From: a virus
Virus record (IMG/VR): IMGVR_UViG_3300025949_000022
Span: 11,104-75,103 of that record
DNA: 64,000 bases
Direction: 5' to 3' (one strand)
Shown piece after piece: positions 21,200 to 30,914 of this stretch (the first letter of the stretch is position 1; every line of letters begins with the position of its first letter). The notes under the pieces were generated by a model that was given only the letters and a program-made list of their open reading frames with translations, was not told the origin of the DNA and searched no databases. The position numbers were made by a program, and so were the translations under genes.

Positions 21200-22123
21200 T
21201 CATAAACTCCTTTCTGTATCTATAAAATATGTCTCGATTGAACTGATTTCCGCGTAAGTAATGTCATCGCATTGCAGATCCACAATTAGCCAGCCCCCCT
21301 GCATCTTTCTGCCACCAAATAATGCACTCAAACGTCTTTGTACGGGATCGCTTATTGTCGCAAAATTGGGATCGTTGACATCAGATAAAATATCGCTCCA
21401 GAGCTTGTTATCAATTAGTTTAAAATTCTTGGCTTTTAATTCTGTTAACATTCCATTTGGGAACTGGCTGCTTGGCGCTGTTTGTATTGAGGGCATATAC
21501 CAATTGCCTACTGCATCTAATCTAAAGTTGTAGAATATCTTTTCCTTTTGGTACTCTGCGTTAACGATTAAAGTTATTTTAGGTGAATACTGTACTCCGT
21601 AAAGATTCCCTTGAATTGGATTAGTATTATGAACCCACAATGCCCCGTCTTTCCAACTTATCAGGCTGTCGATAAACTTGGTCATCGTATCGTTTTCGTA
21701 CTCATAGTCAGAAGCCCATTTATTCGCTTTGTCAAAGAATGATATTACCTGTGCCGATTGCGGGCCTGTCAATAAATCATAAAACGATAATGCGCTAATG
21801 CGCAAATTGCCGTCTGAAAAGAACTTTAAAACAGTGGTGCCTGTAAGCGTTATTGTTTCTGTAAAAGTTCCGTTAGTTGTCCTGTTCGTTCCTGTTACCG
21901 TGCCGGCATATAATTGCACACCACCGCTTGTTAATTGGTCTACCGTAAATGAAAAAACATATTGCCTGCCTATAACTAATCCAAAATTTGTCAGTCCAAT
22001 AATAAAACCACTATTACAAGCGGAGTGAACCGCATACTTACCGCTTATCTCCCAGCCCGTATCGGTCGCCGCCACCGGCGCGTTTACATATCCTGTTGTA
22101 TTTTGAACTATTGTAAGTGCCAT
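21200..22123 (-). CDS. Tail stabilisation protein, C-terminal half, with added N-terminal beta-sandwich domain (likely start MALTIV)
   Basis: ISF.....KW.S.Y.Y....SWKDGALWVHN....NLYG motifs; TAATG overlap with upstream gene. Confidence 0.65.
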   Translation of the reverse strand: MALTIVQNTTGYVNAPVAATDTGWEISGKYAVHSACNSGFIIGLTNFGLVIGRQYVFSFTVDQLTSGGVQLYAGTVTGTNRTTNGTFTETITLTGTTVLKFFSDGNLRISALSFYDLLTGPQSAQVISFFDKANKWASDYEYENDTMTKFIDSLISWKDGALWVHNTNPIQGNLYGVQYSPKITLIVNAEYQKEKIFYNFRLDAVGNWYMPSIQTAPSSQFPNGMLTELKAKNFKLIDNKLWSDILSDVNDPNFATISDPVQRRLSALFGGRKMQGGWLIVDLQCDDITYAEISSIETYFIDTERSL

Positions 22124-25100
22124 TATGGGTTTATGTTTATGGTAAATACATGATTGGCGCTCATATCTACGCCAGTAAAGGTAATATACCCTGCAGTCAT
22201 GCCTCCTGTCCATACACCAGCTATCGGGCCATACGCGGATGCGGTCAATGCCGAACTGGACGGCATATAACCGTTGCCCACATAGAATATCACGGTAGAC
22301 GCTGCGGTTCCTGCTGCGGTATTATCGGTTACATTGCCCAACGGCGGAATATTTATAGATTGCGGATAATTCGTGCCATCAATTTGAATTGACGGCGATT
22401 GTATACCCTTAATAGTGCTATTATTGATAATATTGAAAGTATTTGCAGGCGCTGGTATCGTGCATGCTCCTGTGTTTAATATTGTAGGGATATAATTAGT
22501 ATTTACCACCCTGTTTGTTAATGTGGCCCATACTCCACCTATTTTTTTGTATAGAATATCAGATAGTCCATTATACCATATATCGCCGTCGCTTCCACCG
22601 CTTGGGGACACGTCCGTATTTGGATTTGACGTAATTGTAGCGGTGTTCTGAACAATAGCATCGGGCGAAATATTCCGAATATTCGGCATTATTCGACCTG
22701 TCAGTGCGCCGGTTGTCAGGTTTTTTTCATCGATTATATTCCATCCTTGTTGCCCCGTATTAGCGCCGCCAATCGTTTCGCAATAATTTGTAGTGGCATC
22801 TATTACCCATGTTAAAATCGGGTCAGGCGCTTTGATAATATTGAAACAGAGCTTAATTACCGGTGTAAGCCCCGCGCCTGCGGGTAACGTCCCCTGAAAC
22901 GTAAAGAAGTCTGCACCAACCGTGCTTGTTCCCGTAATTTGTATTTGATTGGCTACTACGGTAGCCGTGCTGTGTGCGGGTTGTGCTACGATAGCCCATG
23001 TTGTGCCGCCGGGGTATAATGCCAAAGTAGTTTGCCAGTCGTTTGTATAAAAGTCACCATTAAAAATGTAGTCTATGTAAGATGGAATTGCCCATAAATC
23101 TTCGCCGTTAAGCCTGTCGCTCGCACCGGTAATCTTTACGTTATTCCTTGCTACTTTGGTTAAAATCGCCCGCGCTTTTTTATCAAAAAGATATAGTTCT
23201 GAAATGGGTATAGAGCCATCCTGCGCTATCCTGATAAAAACCCCTGAATTTGCCGAAGCAAACTTTTGATACGATCCGTCATCAAGCCAGCTTTCAGGGT
23301 TATTACCTATCCCGCCTTCCCATGATGAGTATTGAAGTTCATTAAGTAACTCGCTGGAGGTAGTTAGTAAACTGTTACCCGAATTATCCTGTATTAGCCT
23401 TTTATTTACGGGTGTCCATGTTGTTTTTAAGGGCTTAAAGATAAATAGATAATCCCCTCGCATCCGTGTAAGCGTTATTGCACCGTACTGATCGTTGTAA
23501 TCTTTTCTGTCAAGGTTGTCAAAGTTATTCAACCCGTTTATACGTGTACCCTGAATATAGTTTTTTGAGAACCTTACCCGCTGTGTAAATAATACCTCTC
23601 CAAATCCCTGATCCTGCGGATATACCCGTCCTGTTCCATAAAGGTTTGAGATATAGAAATCGGAGAAGTTCGGGTCGCATATTTGATCTATAATAACCTG
23701 TGGATTCGGGTTTTGATTATTGGTCGGCATCGCCCTGTTGCGCACATACGCATCACCTTGCGAGATTTGTACGATACAAGGGGTAGTAACAGGGTTTAAT
23801 GGGTCTTGGGTTTGTATATTGCCTACATACGCCCCGTTGGTAATTGGGTATTTCTGCTGAAAGTCTGAAAAGTTCAGGTAACCCACATTTCCGATGTTTT
23901 GCTCAGGGCGGTATATTTCAACTAAAATCTGTACGCCAGCAGGGAATGAATAAGTACTCGGCGGGTTTTTGATACGCACTATTCCGCGTGTATCCCTGAA
24001 TGAATAATTAGGATATATGGTTGCCGCGCCTGTGCCACCAGCGTAGTTTACATTCGGCTGTAAGGGAAAATCCAGCACATACGATCCGCCTGATACGCCT
24101 GTTATTAATCTTTGAACATCATTGATAATAATATATTTACCTACGTGGTCTAAATCAGGGCCTTTGTCCGGTGTAACATTATTGCTTGCTGGGAAGGGAA
24201 CGGTAATGTTTGCCGCCACAAGTTCTATAACATCGTCCGAATAGCTTAATACCTCTGTTTCGTAATAAGGGGTATATAGTGTCGCTGGTACCGTTGATTC
24301 ATTGGATATCAGCCGTAGCCTGTCCCCTTTTTTAAACTCGTATTTAAGTATAGCATCGGGATGAATAAGTTGATAAGTGAATAAGCTGCCTACGATCAAA
24401 TCAAGGTAGGTATCTTCATTAGCAACCTCAACCACGTTAACTTGCTGGATTAATAATTGAATAAACGTAGCCGTGTCGTTCGTCCTTACAATAGAATAAT
24501 ATTTAGCCCATGACGGCGGTAAAGAGGTAATGGTAAGGGTATGTATGGGTTGCTGTAATCCTATTGGCGTTATTCCATCAGCGCCGTATTCTGTTTGAAA
24601 AGGCGTCCTGATAAGAAACGAATCGGTTGTGTACGCATTTGAAGTTACGCCGTCATCGTCATAAAAGATAATGCCGTACTTTTCAGTAGCGCCCATCTTT
24701 TTAGTATTTATAGATAGCCCATTATCCAATAAAGTGGAATAATTTACAGCGGTTACATTTGTGCTAAATACTATTGCATTATGCCCCTCATGGGCCTCTA
24801 TGGTAAAATCCCATGATGCATTGCCACCTGCTCCGCTTTCCCCGCTAACCGCGCCTGTGCCAACCGCATCAATAGTTCTAAGCCATTGTTTAATGCGGGA
24901 TGCTACTGTGCTGGCGGTATCTGAATTTGTTGCAGTATATGAAAAGGGCGAAACGCCGTTTCCTCCGGTTGCGCTGATATAAAATACATTCCCTTTTTTA
25001 ACATCAGAACCTACTAAAAAGTGTGTAACAGTTGTCCACCACGAGTTAAATAACCCGCCGCTTTCTGTTGAACTTGTTAACGATGAAGTAAAAGCAGGCG

Positions 25101-26193
25101 AATTAAGCTGGCTTACTGTCCCCGGTGGCAGGTAAAAAGGTTTAAAGGTACAAACTACGCTTCCCGTTATCGAAACTACCGGAAACCCCTCTGTAAAGTG
25201 ACTATACGCAATTGCCCTGTTAAGGAACGACTGACATTTTGGATTTTTTGGCAGATAGGAATAAGGTCGTGCTACTTCTGCCTGATCTACCGTAACCAAT
25301 GGGCCGTCATTATAAAAAGTGTAAACATACGTGCCATAATCCGCTATGCCGACATCTGCCTTGTTCAATACAATAGCACTTGCCCAGTCATCCTGGTTAA
25401 TTTTTACAAGCAATTCAATTTTAGTAACGTCCCTGCTTCCTGTCTCTACTGTCCATTCTATTGCGTTATTGTTGAACGAGATATTGCCCAATCCCAAATA
25501 ACTTTCATTTGGCGGGAGTGGAACATCGCTATAGGGCGAACAGTCGCTTTGCTCATTATCGTAATAATAAAAGCGGTAACACATCTTTATCTGTATGCCG
25601 TACAGATAATTACTACTCTTGGTTATATCTGTGATAAAGTTCCACGTTGGGCTATGTACCGGAGCTTGCTTGTATGCCGTTATTAAATCCTCTGTAATCA
25701 CCGTTCCGTATCCAGTGGCTGTCTTATCTATGCAGCGTAATATATTCGTTTTACGGGCTTTATTTAGGCCGTCAGCCCAATATAAAAGGTCATCTTGTAT
25801 TACGTCTGCGTGATAAATAGGGTAATCAGGATCAAATTTTAAAATATCGACAGAATTGGTATCTGTGAGATTTAAAAGTACCTGTGTTATGGTTTGTGAC
25901 TGAATATTAAAAAAATAAATCCCGTGTGAACCGTTGCTATTCCAGTTGAAAAAATAAAGGTTCCCTCTCTCCTCGTTAGATGCGTAACCAATACACTTGT
26001 TAGTTCCGGCAGGAAGTGTATTAAGGATTTGGGTATTGCCCATTATAGAAGTAGCCACGCCACGCCGTCCCGAACCAAACACGCGCATATTAGTCATGCT
26101 GCGCACGCTGGTTGGCTTTACGTACTGATCGGAAGTGTCTACATCAACGCTATCTGTAAATGTATTTGTGGCTATTTTCTTTTCCTGTGCCAT
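22123..26193 (-). CDS. Tail stabilisation (muzzle, P22 gp10/crAss-like) protein, N-terminal part
   Basis: N-terminal D.D...V...S.R...N.R, LLYWADG.N..RK.NI, NGLNNF......KD....YG.I, GI.NNPES motifs. Confidence 0.75.
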   Translation of the reverse strand: MAQEKKIATNTFTDSVDVDTSDQYVKPTSVRSMTNMRVFGSGRRGVATSIMGNTQILNTLPAGTNKCIGYASNEERGNLYFFNWNSNGSHGIYFFNIQSQTITQVLLNLTDTNSVDILKFDPDYPIYHADVIQDDLLYWADGLNKARKTNILRCIDKTATGYGTVITEDLITAYKQAPVHSPTWNFITDITKSSNYLYGIQIKMCYRFYYYDNEQSDCSPYSDVPLPPNESYLGLGNISFNNNAIEWTVETGSRDVTKIELLVKINQDDWASAIVLNKADVGIADYGTYVYTFYNDGPLVTVDQAEVARPYSYLPKNPKCQSFLNRAIAYSHFTEGFPVVSITGSVVCTFKPFYLPPGTVSQLNSPAFTSSLTSSTESGGLFNSWWTTVTHFLVGSDVKKGNVFYISATGGNGVSPFSYTATNSDTASTVASRIKQWLRTIDAVGTGAVSGESGAGGNASWDFTIEAHEGHNAIVFSTNVTAVNYSTLLDNGLSINTKKMGATEKYGIIFYDDDGVTSNAYTTDSFLIRTPFQTEYGADGITPIGLQQPIHTLTITSLPPSWAKYYSIVRTNDTATFIQLLIQQVNVVEVANEDTYLDLIVGSLFTYQLIHPDAILKYEFKKGDRLRLISNESTVPATLYTPYYETEVLSYSDDVIELVAANITVPFPASNNVTPDKGPDLDHVGKYIIINDVQRLITGVSGGSYVLDFPLQPNVNYAGGTGAATIYPNYSFRDTRGIVRIKNPPSTYSFPAGVQILVEIYRPEQNIGNVGYLNFSDFQQKYPITNGAYVGNIQTQDPLNPVTTPCIVQISQGDAYVRNRAMPTNNQNPNPQVIIDQICDPNFSDFYISNLYGTGRVYPQDQGFGEVLFTQRVRFSKNYIQGTRINGLNNFDNLDRKDYNDQYGAITLTRMRGDYLFIFKPLKTTWTPVNKRLIQDNSGNSLLTTSSELLNELQYSSWEGGIGNNPESWLDDGSYQKFASANSGVFIRIAQDGSIPISELYLFDKKARAILTKVARNNVKITGASDRLNGEDLWAIPSYIDYIFNGDFYTNDWQTTLALYPGGTTWAIVAQPAHSTATVVANQIQITGTSTVGADFFTFQGTLPAGAGLTPVIKLCFNIIKAPDPILTWVIDATTNYCETIGGANTGQQGWNIIDEKNLTTGALTGRIMPNIRNISPDAIVQNTATITSNPNTDVSPSGGSDGDIWYNGLSDILYKKIGGVWATLTNRVVNTNYIPTILNTGACTIPAPANTFNIINNSTIKGIQSPSIQIDGTNYPQSINIPPLGNVTDNTAAGTAASTVIFYVGNGYMPSSSALTASAYGPIAGVWTGGMTAGYITFTGVDMSANHVFTININP

Positions 26194-26196
26194 AGC

Positions 26197-26943
26197 TTAC
26201 ATTTTTGGAGAAGAAACAACATTACTTCTAAAGGCATCTATCCACGCGGTGATACCTTCGTCTGCCTCCCAAACGGATAGCCTGTACATTTCCTGTTTGT
26301 AGTTTTCACGGTTTATTGCCCCTAACTGCGGGTTTCTTGTGCGGTAGTATTTGCCTAATGCAAAATACTCTATCGCTTCTTTGGCTTGTGACGGCACCCA
26401 TTCAGGGCATTTATCCAACCCGTCTGATTTATAGAACATGCCGAACGTATCGGTCGATTGAATTTGACAGCCATTGATAAAACTTTTTCTTTTTTGTGGA
26501 TCGTATGTTACAACACCTGTTTTCCAAAAGTCTGCGGGTAGTCCATAAACTTCTCCGGCTCCAAAGTTCCATGTCTGATAAGGTGCCACAATATTAAACA
26601 GGTCTGAACAAAAAAACTCCCATAGCGTTTCGTCAGGCGTAGTATTTGTTGGCGTTCTGTTAACGTTGCCTAATAAACTGTCATCTACTGCCAGCGCAAA
26701 CGAGCGTTCGTTACGGGTTATAAAGGTCATTAAAGGTTTTACGCACGCGGAAGGCCAGCATAAACTATTAATGCCATTAATTGTTAGCCCTTTCGTAACC
26801 CCCCAACAAGGCATAGCATGGAGTGAAAGGTCGCGTATAGCATCGAAAACACAGCCCCACATGGTCTGTGAATTTTGAAGTCCAGGTTCGCCGACTTCTT
26901 TACATAACTCAATAACGATTTGTTCTGTTGCTACGACGCTCAT
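26197..26943 (-). CDS. Tail ring/head-tail adaptor protein
   Basis: Size and position upstream of the stabiliser. Confidence 0.55.
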   Translation of the reverse strand: MSVVATEQIVIELCKEVGEPGLQNSQTMWGCVFDAIRDLSLHAMPCWGVTKGLTINGINSLCWPSACVKPLMTFITRNERSFALAVDDSLLGNVNRTPTNTTPDETLWEFFCSDLFNIVAPYQTWNFGAGEVYGLPADFWKTGVVTYDPQKRKSFINGCQIQSTDTFGMFYKSDGLDKCPEWVPSQAKEAIEYFALGKYYRTRNPQLGAINRENYKQEMYRLSVWEADEGITAWIDAFRSNVVSSPKM

Positions 26944-26945
26944 TG

Positions 26946-27560
26946 TTAATTATCTTTACTATCTTCTGTGTAATCCTTTGGTTCTCTACGCTCACCGAGC
27001 ATAAAATTAACTATCAAATCCACTACTTTTGTATCTCCGTCAGACGGCAGTATTACTAAATCGGTATCCAACAAGTCGCCAACGTGTACCCATTGTTTTG
27101 TGCGTACTAAATTGGCTAAGGGTGGCTTGTTATAAACCCACACTGTAGCTTGTCCTTCAATCTGATATGACATTACTTTCTTTAATGGCCCGTAAAATTT
27201 TTCGAGTGCATCATCTCCCTGCGTTAACGGGTAACACATCTGCCCGCTCATTGTATTTACCTCCAGTGCGCGACCTTTGGGTAAAGTGATTATGTTCTTT
27301 GGCAGGGTAAAATAATAACGTCCCGAAGATGTGTCTTTTAATATGGGTACGTTTTCAAAAACGGTGTATAGCAAAGGGTTTATGTTATGACCTGCTTCAG
27401 ACCTGTTTTCAGCCCAATACTGCCCGGTCATCACGTAGTTAACCGCCATAGCAAGGTATGTTTCATACTCTCCCCACTTAGCCGAGGCATCCGGATTTGG
27501 CTTACCGCCTTCCACGCGTAACATGGCCTGTCCTATAAGTTCTGCCTTAGTAAAACTCAT
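26946..27560 (-). CDS. Tail ring/tubular protein
   Basis: Position; YFTLP motif. Confidence 0.5.
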   Translation of the reverse strand: MSFTKAELIGQAMLRVEGGKPNPDASAKWGEYETYLAMAVNYVMTGQYWAENRSEAGHNINPLLYTVFENVPILKDTSSGRYYFTLPKNIITLPKGRALEVNTMSGQMCYPLTQGDDALEKFYGPLKKVMSYQIEGQATVWVYNKPPLANLVRTKQWVHVGDLLDTDLVILPSDGDTKVVDLIVNFMLGERREPKDYTEDSKDN

Positions 27561-28246
27561 TGTTTCTCCCCTCCCATAGATGCCGATACAGCGATACCAT
27601 ATTTAGCATATTCCTGTAAAAGTTGTTCACGTACTGATATGCCGTATTTCTCCAGCATACCATATAAAATAAGGTTAAAAGCCGCTTGTGGCCACAACAG
27701 GTTTACACTGTTTATACTGTCATAACTCATTATATCCTCATTGCTTACTGTTGTATATGTAAATGCTATTTTAGCGGCGGTTGGATATGTTAAATAAAAG
27801 GCGTCGTATGGCACTGTTTCCTTTGGATAAAACTGCAATAATGAGGGTGAGTTAAACCGGTAATAAACTTTCTTGCCTGCTGAATTTGGCGCACGTTGCG
27901 GGATGCGCGCTATTGCTATTAATTCTGTTTCATCTATGCTAGAAATACTAAAGGCTGGCATAGCCGATACTACATACCCGATAGCAAGCGGTCTGCTAAC
28001 CACATCAGGGGCTGTACCTAACGCTACAATACCAAGCGAATTGGATGATCCTGATTGCTCTTTAACCCATACGTCAAGTAAAGTTTTAATCTTTTCATTC
28101 TGATCGTATAGTGGTGCGAATAGATTAAATGTTTCTATTTGTACCTCCGCAAGTTTGGAATTAAAATACGCAACGGTATCAGTACCTGATTGGTATTTCT
28201 GACCGTAATCGTTAAGCCTATTCCAAATGTCTATAACTGCTATCAT
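27557..28246 (-). CDS. Tail ring/tubular protein (P22 gp4-like)
   Basis: Position; LQFYP......YL.YP motif. Confidence 0.55.
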   Translation of the reverse strand: MIAVIDIWNRLNDYGQKYQSGTDTVAYFNSKLAEVQIETFNLFAPLYDQNEKIKTLLDVWVKEQSGSSNSLGIVALGTAPDVVSRPLAIGYVVSAMPAFSISSIDETELIAIARIPQRAPNSAGKKVYYRFNSPSLLQFYPKETVPYDAFYLTYPTAAKIAFTYTTVSNEDIMSYDSINSVNLLWPQAAFNLILYGMLEKYGISVREQLLQEYAKYGIAVSASMGGEKQ

Positions 28247-28396
28247 TTGCTATAAAGATATAAAAAAAATAACTATCTGTATTTCTCTTTTTGCTTAGTA
28301 TATTTTTCTTAAAACATTACGGTTTCCCGTAAATAATTTTAATTTATATTTTCTATAATTGTATCGGCAATTCAGCCAAATTAAATAAGTACTAAA

Positions 28397-28840
28397 ATGC
28401 AAGAAAATGTAAAGGTATTCACACCGGAGGTATTAGTAGATATTTTCGGGGAAATTAAACCTAAGGGTGATTTTACTTACAAACTAAGAGTTGACGGCAT
28501 TAGTAGCCGTGAATTAAGAGAACTCGCACAGGTAAACATAGACTACGGGATGGACTTCAATATTAAACGCTCTGGTAAAGGGTTAGTTGTGTTTAGTCAG
28601 TCAATAGATGACCGACGAATTGTTGTGGAAAACGCTCCTACTAAACAACTATTCGTTCGTGACTTTTACGAAAGCCTACCACAAGACGCACGGATAGCAG
28701 CCTTTAACAATACGGCTAAAGTTAAATGGGATTACCCCGCTAACACTTTAACAGAAGCGCTTACAAATTCATTTTATTTTTCAGACACTCCGGAAGGTGC
28801 CAATTATTGGCAAGATGTTATTTTAGAAAATAGAAACTAA
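28397..28840 (+). CDS. Hypothetical protein, paralog of 49280..49750
   Basis: Shared MQENV, IKRS.KGL and ..RDF.E.LPQ.ARIAAF.NTAK.KW...P.GANYWQDVILEN. Confidence 0.75.
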   Translation: MQENVKVFTPEVLVDIFGEIKPKGDFTYKLRVDGISSRELRELAQVNIDYGMDFNIKRSGKGLVVFSQSIDDRRIVVENAPTKQLFVRDFYESLPQDARIAAFNNTAKVKWDYPANTLTEALTNSFYFSDTPEGANYWQDVILENRN

Positions 28841-28863
28841 CTTCTCGAATTTTTAAAGGTGAG

Positions 28864-28897
28864 GCCGATACAGTTGCGAAATTGAATCGGCTTTTTT
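28864..28897 (+). terminator. Intrinsic terminator
   Basis: GCCGAT...ATCGGC followed by T6. Confidence 0.7.
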
Positions 28898-28911
28898 ATT
28901 TATATTTGAGC

Positions 28912-29682
28912 ATGACGTTTGTAAAAGCAGCATCCGCAATACCATATACCCCATATGTAGCGCCTGAAAAAGACGATACTAAACGTTTTATGGCTAATTA
29001 CATGGCATCAAGTATGTATAAAAAGCGGCTTGCATCACAAGGTATTTATTCAACGCCCGATATACAGTCAATATTAAATGTACCAATAAATTACAACACC
29101 AAACAAGATACTCAAGCTACCATTGTTAAAAATGGCGGTCAAATTAAAAATTCAATAAACATTAATAAAAATCAATTAGCGGATGTCAAAAAAGATTTTA
29201 ACTTTCCAGTGTCCATAGATGAGGCTAAAGCACATGAATTATCACACGTATCGAGGCCATTAAGTCAGCAAGAGCAACTACTTATAGCGGGGAAGAATAA
29301 AAGTGATTTGGGATATGGCTTGTTTGCCCAATATCAAACAGATAAATCGTTAGGAAGCTATCAAGGGCAGTATGATGATTATAAAACAAATGGGATAGAT
29401 AACAGTAATGATGCTTATCACGACTATAGACCGAATGAAAATAAAGCCGATTTAGATGCTTTGCGGTTTTTAATGCAAAAAAAAGGGATTTACGATACGT
29501 CTAAAAGGGATATGACAATAGATGATTTCAATAAAGCATCCCAAGACCCTGAAATAAAAAATAGTCTTATATTCAACAGGCTTATACAGCAATTCAAACC
29601 AAAAGATATTATAAGTCTAAATAATACAGTGGCAATGAATAATGCAGCCAGTCCCCAACTATCCGCTGCCTATATGGTATAA
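28912..29682 (+). CDS. Putative zincin-like metallopeptidase/cargo protein (likely start MTFVKAA)
   Basis: AHELSH (HExxH) with downstream E..A (PNENKAD). Confidence 0.6.
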   Translation: MTFVKAASAIPYTPYVAPEKDDTKRFMANYMASSMYKKRLASQGIYSTPDIQSILNVPINYNTKQDTQATIVKNGGQIKNSININKNQLADVKKDFNFPVSIDEAKAHELSHVSRPLSQQEQLLIAGKNKSDLGYGLFAQYQTDKSLGSYQGQYDDYKTNGIDNSNDAYHDYRPNENKADLDALRFLMQKKGIYDTSKRDMTIDDFNKASQDPEIKNSLIFNRLIQQFKPKDIISLNNTVAMNNAASPQLSAAYMV

Positions 29683-29709
29683 AAAAGCGGCAGATAATCC
29701 ACCTGCCGC
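29681..29709 (-). terminator. Intrinsic terminator between convergent genes
   Basis: A6 + GCGGCAG...CTGCCGC. Confidence 0.7.
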
Positions 29710-29740
29710 CTAACCAATTATGAACCCAAAGAAACCTTCT

Positions 29741-30865
29741 TTATGCGATAGATAAACCTTCTTTTTCAGCCGCCAAAACCTTGCGGTAAAGGGCTATTTC
29801 TTCAGCGTTATTCTCCATCGCTTTTTTAGTTAAAACGTGCGTTTTAGGATCGTTTTCATCCTGCTCCGCCCACTTCTTTATCTTCTCGAATTTGCCGTAG
29901 TCTTTTTTCAATTCTACGTATGCTTTCCACAACTCATTATCTACCTCTGCCAGTGTTTCTACTGCGCCGGTTTCCTCAAATGATAAATCGTTTTCAGGCT
30001 TGCTTAAATTAGTGGAAACTGTAATGCCTTCCAGTAAGTTATTAAGCTCGTCTGAATACATATACCATTTTTCTGATATGTGTTCTTCAAGTACTTTTCT
30101 CGCATCAATACCGTACTGTACAGGTATCACTTCCTTGCCGCCTAAGTACCACCGCTGCATACCATTTAAGGTGCGTAAATCGAGGATATGCGCGTCAATA
30201 GCTTCCTGTATTTTGCCTGAAAATGCTACCTCGCGGCTTTCAGCCATATTGATAAATTCAGATGGCTTTTGGTATGCTCTTGCCTTAAGTGTGTTTTTCA
30301 CAACCTCGTCGGTCATATCAGTAACTCCGGCAATACCCATTCCTTTTGCTAAAGTCCGTAAACGGCTTATGCTCCATGCGTTGTTGCCAAGCACTATTGA
30401 CATGGCTATAATGCGGGTTTCATCAATGTCGTTATCAACTTTCGCCAGGTGGTCGTTATCCAAAAACTCATAGAACACCGGTGACGATGGTTTCCTGAAA
30501 GGGCTTTGGCGGTTCATCGGGTTGATGTACCAAAACAGGAATGCCATTTCATCATTTATCAGCACCGCGCCGCCTTCTCCGCACTCCATTGCATTGTCGG
30601 TGGGGAAATACTCAAAATTCTGATCTTTATCTTTCTTTTGGGTTGTGGCTATCCGTACCTGTACTTCCCTGTTTAAAGTAGGGATATACACCGAAAAGGC
30701 ATTGCACATCAGGCGGTGTAAATGCCTTTTATTGCCGTCTTTATCCGTCCTTGTAGGGAACTGGAACCGCTTTTCGCGTGGTGATGGAATTGAGTTTTTG
30801 TTGATGCTAAGCAGTTCAAATAGTTTCGACTTGTTAACAACCTCGTCATTAATGTAAATAGCCAT
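29741..30865 (-). CDS. Conserved structural-module protein downstream of MCP
   Basis: Position equivalent to the post-MCP gene of crAss-like phages. Confidence 0.5.
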   Translation of the reverse strand: MAIYINDEVVNKSKLFELLSINKNSIPSPREKRFQFPTRTDKDGNKRHLHRLMCNAFSVYIPTLNREVQVRIATTQKKDKDQNFEYFPTDNAMECGEGGAVLINDEMAFLFWYINPMNRQSPFRKPSSPVFYEFLDNDHLAKVDNDIDETRIIAMSIVLGNNAWSISRLRTLAKGMGIAGVTDMTDEVVKNTLKARAYQKPSEFINMAESREVAFSGKIQEAIDAHILDLRTLNGMQRWYLGGKEVIPVQYGIDARKVLEEHISEKWYMYSDELNNLLEGITVSTNLSKPENDLSFEETGAVETLAEVDNELWKAYVELKKDYGKFEKIKKWAEQDENDPKTHVLTKKAMENNAEEIALYRKVLAAEKEGLSIA

Positions 30866-30884
30866 TCTTTTTTTATTTGGGTTT

Positions 30885-30909
30885 AAAAAAGGGGGCTTTT
30901 ACACCCCCT
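30885..30909 (-). terminator. Terminator after MCP
   Basis: A6 GGGGG...CCCCC. Confidence 0.65.
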
Positions 30910-30914
30910 GTAAA

